This document shows, one piece after another, positions 49,489 through 59,011 of a stretch of DNA of 64,000 bases. Under the pieces are notes generated by a model, which saw nothing but the letters and a program-made list of their open reading frames with translations, had not been told where the DNA came from and did not search any database. Source of the stretch: Abditibacteriaceae bacterium (GTDB taxonomy: Bacteria > Armatimonadota > Abditibacteriia > Abditibacteriales > Abditibacteriaceae); the NCBI GenBank assembly GCA_965277285.1, contig OZ255721.1, positions 1,632,001-1,696,000 of the forward strand, read 5' to 3'. A program made the position numbers and the translations under genes. How positions within the stretch are numbered: the first letter of the stretch is position 1; each line of letters opens with the position of its first letter.

Positions 49489-49589
49489 AGCGTTTCGAGT
49501 ACTCGATTACTTTGTTGTGTTTGTCTCTCGAAGCGGCGGTGAAGATGGTGTAAGATTGTCATTGATTTCGCAATGGAAATTCGCTCTTT

Positions 49590-51182
49590 ATGCAAACGCC
49601 TTATGCCGCGCCTTCGCCTGGACAAACGCCCGTTCAAACGCCGCTTGAAATGGCCGCCGAATTTACGCCAATGCCGTTGCGCGCGCGCGGCGTTTTGGAA
49701 ACGCTCGACCTGACGATCAAGGTTTTTCGGCGCTATGCGGGCGTTTTGCTGGCGTGGTCGGCGCTGATTATCGGCGTGTGCGGCACGATTGGAATGTTCG
49801 GCGCTATTTCTGCCGGAAAATCAATGATCGAGCAGGCCAGTTCCGGTTATTCGGGCGGCCTGGCGGCGGAGCAAATCGCTTCGCTGATGTTTTCGAGTTT
49901 GGGCGCGATGTTCTTGTCGTTCTTTTGCTTTCCCTTGATTATTGGCGCTTCGGCGTGCTGCGTGGCGGGCGCCGTGCGCGGACAACGCATTCGTTTTACG
50001 CAGTGCTGGAGTTTCACCAGGCCTCGCTATTGGTCGATGCTGGGGCAAACGTTGCTGGCGGTTCTGGTGATGTGGATTTCACTGTTCGGCGTTATGATTG
50101 TCGCGGGAATCGTTGCGGCACTGGGCGCGTTTGTGGTGATGCAATTGCCTCGAATGGTGGCCGCACCATTGGGAATCCTCGCTCTCGTTTGTTTTTATGT
50201 GGCTTTTTTCGTGGTGGGAATGCTGGCCGCGATGTGGCTGGTGCTGGTTCCGGTTGTGGTGTGCATGGAAGAAAACAATCGCAACGCCAACGCAATGAGT
50301 CGTGCCCTGGCGCTTTTGCGCGGCAATTGGCGACGCGCAGCAGGATTGATGCTTCTGGCGTGGCTGGGAATACTGGCAGTCGCTTCCATCACGCAGGCGC
50401 CGTTTGCCTATTTTATGAGCGGTGCGACAACACCCAGCAGCGGATTGATCGGCGCCACTTTTGTGGTGCAAATGATCGTCTGGCTGGGCATGCTGCCGTT
50501 TTACACGCTGCTCGTCACGCTGTTTTACTTGGATGCGCGCGTGCGCAACGAAGCCCTCGATCTCGAATGGTCGTCGCACACCGGAACGCCTCAAGCGACC
50601 GCTCAAAATGTGACAGCGCCGAATATGACAGCGCCTGCTGCGCCCGCTAATTTTTATCCGCAGGCGATGCAGCCGGTTTCTTCCGTTGATGAAGCAAACG
50701 TCGCGCGTTCGGATGCTTCGGTTTGGAGCGGCGGCACACAAAATTTGGCGCCCATGTCTCTCGAAGCGTTCACGCCGCAAGGTATCACGTCGCAGAATAC
50801 TGCACCACACACCATCCAGAATTCAGATGAGAATGCGTTTCAACCCGCGAGGCAAACGCAACCTTTAACCGATTCTTCAATTGAAACAAACAGCATTTCG
50901 CCACTTTTTGTTGCAGAATCGAGTACTCGAATTGTACCGAGCGCACCAATCTTGAACGCTGAAACCCAAACGCCACTTTTAAGCGCACCCTTGACGAACG
51001 CGATTTTTGAAACTTCGCCGATTGAAAATTCACCGGTTGCAGTTCCAGAAAACAGCGCGACACCAGAAACGTGTCCGCAATGTGGCGCGGCGGTGACGGC
51101 TACGCAAACGTTTTGCATGAACTGCGGCGCTCGTCTGGCGCGCCAAAATAATGCGGGAAACTCATCGGGATTTGGCGCATGA
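49590..51182 (+). CDS. multi-TM membrane protein with low-complexity linker and C-terminal zinc ribbon
   Basis: PLRA...LD; LFYLDARVRNEALDL; CPQCG...FCMNCG. Confidence 0.75.
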   Translation: MQTPYAAPSPGQTPVQTPLEMAAEFTPMPLRARGVLETLDLTIKVFRRYAGVLLAWSALIIGVCGTIGMFGAISAGKSMIEQASSGYSGGLAAEQIASLMFSSLGAMFLSFFCFPLIIGASACCVAGAVRGQRIRFTQCWSFTRPRYWSMLGQTLLAVLVMWISLFGVMIVAGIVAALGAFVVMQLPRMVAAPLGILALVCFYVAFFVVGMLAAMWLVLVPVVVCMEENNRNANAMSRALALLRGNWRRAAGLMLLAWLGILAVASITQAPFAYFMSGATTPSSGLIGATFVVQMIVWLGMLPFYTLLVTLFYLDARVRNEALDLEWSSHTGTPQATAQNVTAPNMTAPAAPANFYPQAMQPVSSVDEANVARSDASVWSGGTQNLAPMSLEAFTPQGITSQNTAPHTIQNSDENAFQPARQTQPLTDSSIETNSISPLFVAESSTRIVPSAPILNAETQTPLLSAPLTNAIFETSPIENSPVAVPENSATPETCPQCGAAVTATQTFCMNCGARLARQNNAGNSSGFGA

Positions 51183-52414
51183 AACACTCGCCTTTGGTTT
51201 TCTTGCTGCTCATAATTTCGCTGCTCACCACATCTTGGCACGCTGTTTCTGCGCGTAACGCTTCGCCAGCTGCACCAACTGCTGCGTCGGCTAACACAAC
51301 AACCTCGCCTGCTGCGACGCCGCCTTCTTCCGCACCATTTACGCCGTTTACGTCTCCGATTCCGGTAAAGAAAGCGGCATCGAATTACACGATTTCGGCG
51401 GAAAAATACGCGGCGGAATTGCGCCAGAGCATCAATAAACTCGACAAATGGCAAAGTGGTGCGCTGCCGACTTTGCCGATTTTGCGCGGCGCCTTGCCAA
51501 CGTCGGATGAACGTCGCATCAAGCGCGCCGATGGCGTGATGCAAACTGCCAACGGCGCGCAATGGGATCGCTATCTGAACGATATCGAGGACTCGAGAAA
51601 CGCCAACACGCACCTCAAACGCAATGAAGTTCAAGGTTTGCGCACGATGCTGGCGCAACGTCTTCTCGCGCTGCAATCCTGGATGAAAGTCGGCGTTTAT
51701 CAACCGGTGGGCGCGCAAAACATCATCTCGACGCTGGCGGACGAAAACCAAATTCGCACAGGCCCGACGGCTTTGCAGAACTGGTGGCAAAGCGTCAAAG
51801 ACGCTATCAGCGATTTTCTCAAAAAATTATTCCGCCGCTCCGTGCCAACAACTACGCCTTCGAGAACGCCCAGCATCAATCCGCAATGGGCGACCTTGTT
51901 GTTCACCTCGTGCGTCTTATGCTTGCTGGGCGCGATTGCCTGGTACGTGTGGAAATCGCTGGGCGGACGCTGGGTGCGCGGCGCCAAGCGCGAAGTGCGT
52001 TTCGTTGGCGAAGACGCCGAACTCTTGCAACTCGCGCCGGACGAACTCTTGTCGCGCGCCGGACGATTGGCGGAAAAAGGCGATTATGCAGGCGCGCTGC
52101 GACATCGTTTCATCGGGCTTCTGGTCACGTTGGACGAACGCGGCGTTTGGCGTTACGACACGCGGCGCACCAACTGGGAACACATCGCGGCTTTGCGCAA
52201 AACGCCGCGCTGGAACTTCGTGACAACGCCATTGTCCGACCTGACGCGCTGCTTCGACCGCATGCGCTACGGCAATTTGCCATGCGCGCAAAACGATTGG
52301 ATGAGTTTTGACAGCGATAGCGCAATCTTGGAAAAACAAGTCGCGCAATCGTCGCAAAACGTACAAAATGCGACATCGAGTACTCAAAACCCAACGACAG
52401 GAGCGCGCGCGTGA
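51179..52414 (+). CDS. DUF4129 domain membrane protein
   Basis: A..GDYAGALRH.F..LL..L...RTNWE...FD...YG; coupled in a MoxR operon. Confidence 0.8.
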   Translation: MKHSPLVFLLLIISLLTTSWHAVSARNASPAAPTAASANTTTSPAATPPSSAPFTPFTSPIPVKKAASNYTISAEKYAAELRQSINKLDKWQSGALPTLPILRGALPTSDERRIKRADGVMQTANGAQWDRYLNDIEDSRNANTHLKRNEVQGLRTMLAQRLLALQSWMKVGVYQPVGAQNIISTLADENQIRTGPTALQNWWQSVKDAISDFLKKLFRRSVPTTTPSRTPSINPQWATLLFTSCVLCLLGAIAWYVWKSLGGRWVRGAKREVRFVGEDAELLQLAPDELLSRAGRLAEKGDYAGALRHRFIGLLVTLDERGVWRYDTRRTNWEHIAALRKTPRWNFVTTPLSDLTRCFDRMRYGNLPCAQNDWMSFDSDSAILEKQVAQSSQNVQNATSSTQNPTTGARA

Positions 52415-53652
52415 AACGATTCAAGCCGCGCATAAACGGCGTTTATTCCCTGATTGGCGTGCTGTTCGCCTTCGCCTGCGTGCTGGGCATTCTGGCGCAA
52501 AAAGGCGGAGATCAAGCGCAAAACCTGCCGCGCGCGCAATACAACGATGCCAGTCCATTGGGCGGCAAAGGCTTGCGCTTGATGCTGCAGCGTTTGGGCT
52601 ACGATGTTCATTTGCAAAACGAGCCGTTGCAGAAGATGCCAAAAGATGCGCGCGTCTGGGTTTTGCTCGATCCTGAAACGCGTTTTTCGCAGCACGAAGC
52701 CGATTTATTGATCGATTGGGTGCGTCGCGGCGGAACTTTGGTGTGGGCGTGCGCGCCAGGCGCCACAGATTTTTCGTGGAACACCAACGCCGGAGATGGA
52801 ACCGCGCACGCGCTTTTGTGCAAAAAACTGGATGTCCAATCAAGCACTGGCTTCACGCCCGACAGCGCGCCGCTGCCAGTCTTGACATCACTCACACCAT
52901 CAAGCGCCAACGAGTACTGGTACGGCGTACAAAACGCCACTGCTTCAGCGGATACCTTTACGATCAATCGTTCGTATTTAGAGTTGGCCGGAACACCAGC
53001 CGGTTGCGAACTGGCGCGCATGACGGTCGGAAACGGCCAGATTTTCATCGCGCCGGACGCCCTGATGTTCACCAATTACGCGCTCAATAAGCCGGATAAC
53101 GCGGTTTTAGCGACCAATCTGATTCGCTTGCACGCACCAAATGGCGGCGTTTACTTCGACGAACGCGATTATTCGGGTGATAAAGGCACAGCCGCCGCGA
53201 CAGGCGAACCGGATTTGGGAGACTATTTATGGCGGCCACCGGTGCGCTGGGCGATTTTGCAACTTTTGGGCGCACTGCTTTTGTGGTGGGCTTTGGCCGG
53301 AAGACGCTTGGGCGCGCCGGTTCCTTTGCCGGAACAGGAACCCGTCACGCGCGCCAGCCAGTTCGCGCAGGCGATGGGCGGCTTGTTCCGCAAAGCGAAT
53401 CGGCCTCAGGCGATTGCGCGCACAATCGGCGATCAATTCCGACGCGAAATGACGAGCCGCGTCGGGCTTCCGCTTGATGCCTCTGATGACTTGGTCGCTG
53501 AACGCGTGGCACAAGCGACGGGTCTTCCGACACAAATGATCGACCGACTTTTATTACGCGCCAAAGCGCCCGACGACCGAGAACCCAATATTTTGAGCGA
53601 CGTGCAGGAAATGGAAATCGTGCTGCGCGCGCTGCGAGGAGAGCATTCGTGA
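52411..53652 (+). CDS. DUF4350 domain protein
   Basis: P.G.KGL, WVRRGGTLV, FTN..L...NA, YFDE, RRLGAP. Confidence 0.8.
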   Translation: MKRFKPRINGVYSLIGVLFAFACVLGILAQKGGDQAQNLPRAQYNDASPLGGKGLRLMLQRLGYDVHLQNEPLQKMPKDARVWVLLDPETRFSQHEADLLIDWVRRGGTLVWACAPGATDFSWNTNAGDGTAHALLCKKLDVQSSTGFTPDSAPLPVLTSLTPSSANEYWYGVQNATASADTFTINRSYLELAGTPAGCELARMTVGNGQIFIAPDALMFTNYALNKPDNAVLATNLIRLHAPNGGVYFDERDYSGDKGTAAATGEPDLGDYLWRPPVRWAILQLLGALLLWWALAGRRLGAPVPLPEQEPVTRASQFAQAMGGLFRKANRPQAIARTIGDQFRREMTSRVGLPLDASDDLVAERVAQATGLPTQMIDRLLLRAKAPDDREPNILSDVQEMEIVLRALRGEHS

Positions 53653-54830
53653 ACGACCCGCAAAATCTGCCCAACCAAACAACGCCACAATCGCCGCAAT
53701 TTACACCGAATCAAACGCAACCTTTGACATCGTTTCCTGTAACGCAGGCACCGTCGCTGCCCGATTCGAGTACTCGAATTGAAACGCCAACCTTTCAGGG
53801 GCAGAATGTCGCACCACAAAACATTCCAACGCAAAACGTTGTAACACCTGCAATGCCGTCGCAGATTTCCAATTCGCCAACGCAAATCGTGCGCGATCTG
53901 GCGGACGCGGTGCGCGCCGAAGTCGGCAAAGCGGTTGTCGGACAGGACGAAATTATCACGCAGTTTTTGGTGGCGTTGTTGGTGCGAGGCCACGTTTTGC
54001 TGGAAGGCGTGCCCGGCATTGCCAAAACTTTGACCGCAAAAGCCTTATCGCACGCCTTGAGCGCGACCTTCAACCGCGTGCAATTTACGCCCGATTTGAT
54101 GCCCGCTGATGTCGTCGGCACCAATGTTTTCGATACACGCAGAAACGAATTTTCATTGCGTCGCGGCCCAGTTTTCACTGACATTTTGCTGGCCGACGAA
54201 ATCAATCGCACGCCGCCTAAAACGCAGGCTTCGCTGTTGGAAGCGATGCAGGAACGCAGCGTCACCATTGATGGCGAAACGCATCAGCTTTCGCCATTTT
54301 TTACAGTTTTCGCCACGCAAAACCCGATTGATTACGAAGGCACTTATCCTTTGCCCGAAGCGCAACTCGACCGTTTTTTGCTCAAAGTGACGATGACTTA
54401 CCCGACGCCGGACGAAGAAGCGGCGTTGTTGGTGCGCGCTCATCGCGGCTTCGATGCGCACGAACTGGCGAGCGCCGGTTTGCATCCGGTCGCGGACGCG
54501 GCGCGCTGGCAACAAGCGCGCGATGCCGTGCGGGGCGTGACAGTCGGCGAAGGCATGATTCGCTACATCACGACGATTGTGGGAAGAACGCGCGGTTTGC
54601 CCAGCCTCACTTTGGGCGCCAGCCCGCGCGCGAGTCTGGCGTTGCTCGATTGCTCGAAGGCGTTGGCGGCGCTCAGCGGACGCGATTTCGTGATTCCCGA
54701 AGACGTCAAAACCGTTGCTTTGCCCGTTTTGCGACATCGTTTATTAGTGCGCGCCGAAACCGAAATGGAAGGCACCAAAACCGATGACATCACGCGCGGC
54801 GTGCTCGATTCCGTCGAAGTGCCGCGATAG
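53649..54830 (+). CDS. MoxR family AAA+ ATPase
   Basis: GHVLLEGVPGIAKT, QFTPDLMPAD, LADEINRTPPKTQ, ATQNP, PLPEAQLDRF, GASPR. Confidence 0.95.
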   Translation: MNDPQNLPNQTTPQSPQFTPNQTQPLTSFPVTQAPSLPDSSTRIETPTFQGQNVAPQNIPTQNVVTPAMPSQISNSPTQIVRDLADAVRAEVGKAVVGQDEIITQFLVALLVRGHVLLEGVPGIAKTLTAKALSHALSATFNRVQFTPDLMPADVVGTNVFDTRRNEFSLRRGPVFTDILLADEINRTPPKTQASLLEAMQERSVTIDGETHQLSPFFTVFATQNPIDYEGTYPLPEAQLDRFLLKVTMTYPTPDEEAALLVRAHRGFDAHELASAGLHPVADAARWQQARDAVRGVTVGEGMIRYITTIVGRTRGLPSLTLGASPRASLALLDCSKALAALSGRDFVIPEDVKTVALPVLRHRLLVRAETEMEGTKTDDITRGVLDSVEVPR

Positions 54831-54887
54831 GAAATTGAACTGCTAAGACACCAAGAACACAAAGGCAACAGGAGAAAATAGGAGTTC

Positions 54888-54951
54888 GTCATTCTGAGTG
54901 AAACGAAAAATCTAAACCAAAAGCCAGATTCTTCGCTGCGCTCAGAATGAC
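54888..54951. repeat. GTCAT...ATGAC REP-like doublet
   Basis: GTCATTCTGAGTGAAACGAAAAATCT / AGATTCTTCGCTGCGCTCAGAATGAC. Confidence 0.78.
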
Positions 54952-55027
54952 AAACTCTTACTTTCGAGTACTCGATTCTTCTTTCTTCTATGGCCTTTTT
55001 GGCTTGGTGGTTTATTTAAGGTGAACT

Positions 55028-55792
55028 ATGACGATTCAAGAAGATTTTCAAGATATTACCACTCCAAATGGCGCCATGCGCACTTATTTTCTGCGTCCCG
55101 TCGCGCCAGGAAAATACCCCGCGATCATTCTTTATTCCGAGATTTTCCAAGTGACTGGCCCGATTCGCCGCACCGCAGCGTTTCTCGCGGGACACGGTTT
55201 TATCGTCGCCGTGCCGGAAATTTATCACGAGTTTCTGGAAGCCGGAACTGTTCTGGAATATGATGCAGAAGGCGGCGCGCGCGGCAACGAATTGAAGACG
55301 AAGAAAACTCTGGCGGCTTATGACAGCGATACACGCGCGTTGTTGGATGCTTTGAAGACGCGCGAAGATTGCACCGGAAAAATCGGCGTGGCGGGCATTT
55401 GCAGCGGCGGACATCTGGCGTTTCGTGCCGCAACCAATGCCGATGTTCTGGCGGCGGTTTGCTTTTACGCCACCGATTTGCACAAGCCGGAATGGGGCGA
55501 AGGCATTAACAATTCGCTCGATCTTGCACCACAAATGCATTCTGAAATGATGATGGTCTGGGGACGACAGGATCCGCACATTCCGCGCGAAGGTCGCCAG
55601 CGCGTTTACGACGCGATGAACGACGCCGATTTGCTTTTGACGTGGCATGAATTCAACGGCGGACACGCCTTTTTGCGCGACGAAGGCCCGCGCTACAATC
55701 CCGCATTAGCGAAGCTTTGTTATGAACTGGCGCTGGAGTTGTTCAAGCGCAAACTGGGCGAAGGCGATCTATCGGACACAAAAGCCAAATAA
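55028..55792 (+). CDS. dienelactone hydrolase family protein
   Basis: SEIFQV, GICSGGHLAF, DPHIP, GHAFLRD. Confidence 0.9.
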   Translation: MTIQEDFQDITTPNGAMRTYFLRPVAPGKYPAIILYSEIFQVTGPIRRTAAFLAGHGFIVAVPEIYHEFLEAGTVLEYDAEGGARGNELKTKKTLAAYDSDTRALLDALKTREDCTGKIGVAGICSGGHLAFRAATNADVLAAVCFYATDLHKPEWGEGINNSLDLAPQMHSEMMMVWGRQDPHIPREGRQRVYDAMNDADLLLTWHEFNGGHAFLRDEGPRYNPALAKLCYELALELFKRKLGEGDLSDTKAK

Positions 55793-55799
55793 TCAATGA

Positions 55800-55976
55800 T
55801 GTGGGTTTGGCGTAACAACGAAGTTATCCGCCCCTGAAGGAGCGGACTGATAAACAAAGCCCCATGAATGGGACTGCCGCAATGGGCTACTCTGCTTGTA
55901 CGCTGCAAGCGAGGCCGCTTTAGCGGTCTTGCTCCTTCAGCCCGCTCCTTCAGGGGCGGGCAACTGCAAACCCACA
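55800..55976. mobile_element. CCCCTGAAG-family MITE/REPIN-like element, copy 3
   Basis: CCGCCCCTGAAGGAGCGGACTGA...AAAGCCCCATGAATGGG...GAGGCCGCTTTAGCGGTCTTGCT...TCAGCCCGCTCCTTCAGGGGCGG. Confidence 0.8.
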
Positions 55977-56090
55977 CCGCTGGTTAAATGGCGAATCCGA
56001 AGCATTCGAGTACTCGAGACGCCAGATCAGGCCGCTTCAACAACCAAATTGAAGCGACCTGCTTTTCATTTTATGTTGCGCGACACAAGG

Positions 56091-56642
56091 TTACTTCATC
56101 GAAACGTTCATCGTCAGGCCGCGCAGAGCGTTTTGCAAGGCTTCGGCGCCCAGTCCTTTTTTGACGAAGAAGGTGCGCTTTTTGCCATCGGTCGAATGCA
56201 GGAGAAAGCTGCAATCGTAATCGGAACCCCAGCCGGCCACACCGAGTTTCGATTTGATTTCAATTGAGGCGATTTCTGCGGGGTCGATGCGAAAATTGCC
56301 TGGATCAATGCCCATAAAACGGCTGTCTTCGGGGCTGACTGAACTGTAAACTTCTTCTTTTTCGGCCATCTCTCTGGCGGCTTTTTTCGCCATGACGCCG
56401 CCGATAATCCAACCGATCAAGCCCAGATGAACCATGACGCCGCGCGCAGCTTTTGGGTCTTGATTGGCCAGCTTGCCGCCATATAAACCCGAACGCGTCA
56501 CGTAGATTTTGTAAACGCCGCCTTTGCCAAAGCCTTGCTCGGTGGCTGTAAAACTCGGGTTGCCGTCGCTCATCGAACCGCTCATCGTGCCCGGCGTGTT
56601 CGCCATGTTCGGCGTACTCGACCAACTGCTGGGATTGCTCAT
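56091..56642 (-). CDS. hypothetical protein (one hydrophobic segment, PH-like beta region)
   Basis: 183-aa ORF with GAGG upstream. Confidence 0.6.
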   Translation of the reverse strand: MSNPSSWSSTPNMANTPGTMSGSMSDGNPSFTATEQGFGKGGVYKIYVTRSGLYGGKLANQDPKAARGVMVHLGLIGWIIGGVMAKKAAREMAEKEEVYSSVSPEDSRFMGIDPGNFRIDPAEIASIEIKSKLGVAGWGSDYDCSFLLHSTDGKKRTFFVKKGLGAEALQNALRGLTMNVSMK

Positions 56643-56716
56643 AAAAATGCCTCGCGCGCAAGAATCACGTCGCCCTTATTATCGCACTTCCCTTTGAAGA
56701 TTTCGAGTACTCGATT

Positions 56717-57612
56717 TCAAGCGCCAGGGCAGGCGCTGGTTTCAGCGGCCTGGCGCGCTTGTTGGCGAATGCCGTACATCTGCATCGCCAGGCCGCCCAT
56801 GTAATATTCGATCCACAGCGTGTAATCGCCGCTCGCATCGGCCTGGCGCAAAGCGGCGTAATATTTGTCGCGGTCGTTGTTGTAATACGAGGAAAGGTCA
56901 AACAGATATTTGAAATCGTAGCCGCGCAGATACAACGCCAGAGTCGTAAACATCCGCGCTGTGCGACCGTTGCCGTCGCGGAACGGATGAATCCACACCA
57001 GGCGATGCTGCGCGATTCCCGCCACAACAACCGGATGCATCCAACCATCGGGCGCGCCACGGTCGCATTCTTCAAAGCTGGGATGCACGGCGCACGCGTT
57101 CATCCATTCAAACAAATCGTTCAGTTGTTCTTCGACCTGGCTCCACACCGGAGGCCGATGATGCACCAGCGTTTCGCCATCTTCGCGGTCGCCGACGACC
57201 ACGTCTTCGCGCCGAAACTCGCCTTTGAAATGGTCGCCCCGCGCACGCCATCCAGCAGAATGTTGTGCAACTGGCGAACATCGCGCGCCGACAAGGAATA
57301 ACCTTTGGCGCCACGCAATCCATCAATCGCATCGAAGGCGCTCAGATAGTTGACGAACTCGCGCTCTTCGTCGCGTAAATTGCGCAGAGTTCCCGAGGAA
57401 CGGTCGCGCGCCAGTTCAAACGCCGTTTCCAACGACAACTGCCCTCCTTCAATTTAAATGCTCGCCAGCGCATCACTAATACGCACATCGTGACGCAAGC
57501 GCGACAACCATTCGGGACGAAATTGCAACGCTTCCAAAAACCCTTGCGTGCGTTCAATGGCGATCAATTGCCGCTGCATTCGCGGCGTCCATCTCATTTG
57601 CGGTTGAAACAT
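56717..57612 (-). pseudogene. Fic domain protein pseudogene (in-frame stop plus frameshift)
   Basis: ...DALASI*IEGG (TAA at 57454-57456); frame change near 57225-57240 into GEFRREDV; Fic motif HPFRDGNGRTAR. Confidence 0.85.
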
Positions 57613-57680
57613 GATGTTTTTCGTGTCACGATTTTGGCCAACCAACTATCGAGTACTCGATGCCGACCACGCTTTGAGGC

Positions 57681-57771
57681 TACGCTTTATAGAACCCCGC
57701 GCGTCAGCCAGGGGTCTCGTCTCAACTTAACACCAGACCCCTGGCTGACGCGTGGGGTTCTATAAAGCGTA
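57681..57771. repeat. GAACCC-type REP doublet with 37-bp arms (one mismatch)
   Basis: TACGCTTTATAGAACCCCGCGCGTCAGCCAGGGGTCT and its near reverse complement. Confidence 0.88.
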
Positions 57772-57781
57772 TTCGCGCCGT

Positions 57782-59011
57782 TTACTTCCCGCGCCGCCGA
57801 TTGTAGTTGTGCGATTTCGCCAACTTCCCCACATGCGCGTGCTCGCCCGATTCCAAATCGCGTTCCAGCACATCGAAAAGAACGCGTTCTTCCGTCGCAA
57901 CCACGCTATCTTTGATGCTTCCCGCGAAACCGCGACCCCGTCTAAACGAAGCACGCGCGGCCTCCACATCGCCGCTCTCTAACTCCTCGACCGCTTGCTG
58001 GCGAACACGCGCCGTTTCTAATAACGCAACAGCGTCGGCGACGCGTTCGTTTTCCGGCAATTCGTCCCAATCGCGCGAGGCAACAGCGGGCAAAGACAAC
58101 GCTTCGCGCACGACTTGGCGATCTTTGGCGTCCGGTTCGCTCCACGCTAGGCGAACGAAACACACATCGCTTTCATCTGCGCGCGACAGAATTTGAAGTT
58201 TCACAACGATTTCAATCGCGTTGCCCGAAACCAGATTCGGCAGTTGCAAGCGTCCCAGTTTGTTGCGCTCCAGGTCGTTCAAAACGTCCGCGACTTCAGC
58301 GCCGTTTTGCGGCTCGATTCCCAAGTTGACGGTGTGCCCGACCGTCGCCATCAAGCCGCGCAACTCGGCGGCAAAGATGCGCTCCAAATCAGCGGCGCCT
58401 TCGATGAAATAGTAATTTCCGTCGCCGCTTTGCGCCATTGATTGCAACAAATCTTCGTTGAAATCGTTGCCGACGCCCATCGTTGTCGTGCTGACGCCGC
58501 GACCGGACAAACCTTTGACATCGGCGCAAATGCGACTTTCGCTCGTCACACCGTGATTGGCCAAACCATCCGTCAAAAGCAGCACGCGATTGAGACTTTT
58601 CGCCTCCAGATGACGGCTGACCTGCATTCCGCCTTCGACCCAGCCGTCGTGCAAAGCTGTCATGCCGCCGCATTCGATACCTTTGATTCTGCGGATAATT
58701 GCTGCTTTGTCGTCCGCCAAAACCGATGGTACAATCGTTTCCACTTCACTGTCGTAAATGGTGACGGCCACGCGATCAGTCGCCGCCAATTGCTGAACCG
58801 CATACGTCGCGGCATCTTTCACGGCGCGCAATTTGGCGCCGCTCATCGAACCCGAACGATCCAGCACCAAACCCAGATTGAGCGGCGGACGTTCGCGCGA
58901 CATTTCGCTCTGCGGCGCCACAATGCGCACCAAAACTGGAAGTTCCGTTGTTGCATCGCTCTTCACGGCGCTTTTCAACGCAATCATTTCAACCGTCGGC
59001 TTGCCTTTCAT
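57782..59011 (-). CDS. von Willebrand factor A domain protein
   Basis: PLNLGLVLDRSGSM (MIDAS), LLLTDGLAN, GVGNDFNEDLL, GNYYFI. Confidence 0.92.
   Translation of the reverse strand: MKGKPTVEMIALKSAVKSDATTELPVLVRIVAPQSEMSRERPPLNLGLVLDRSGSMSGAKLRAVKDAATYAVQQLAATDRVAVTIYDSEVETIVPSVLADDKAAIIRRIKGIECGGMTALHDGWVEGGMQVSRHLEAKSLNRVLLLTDGLANHGVTSESRICADVKGLSGRGVSTTTMGVGNDFNEDLLQSMAQSGDGNYYFIEGAADLERIFAAELRGLMATVGHTVNLGIEPQNGAEVADVLNDLERNKLGRLQLPNLVSGNAIEIVVKLQILSRADESDVCFVRLAWSEPDAKDRQVVREALSLPAVASRDWDELPENERVADAVALLETARVRQQAVEELESGDVEAARASFRRGRGFAGSIKDSVVATEERVLFDVLERDLESGEHAHVGKLAKSHNYNRRRGK

Noticed and set aside
49590..54830. MoxR operon as a novel system
   Set aside because: Membrane protein-DUF4129-DUF4350-MoxR is a known widespread arrangement; the usual DUF58 partner is probably elsewhere in the genome.
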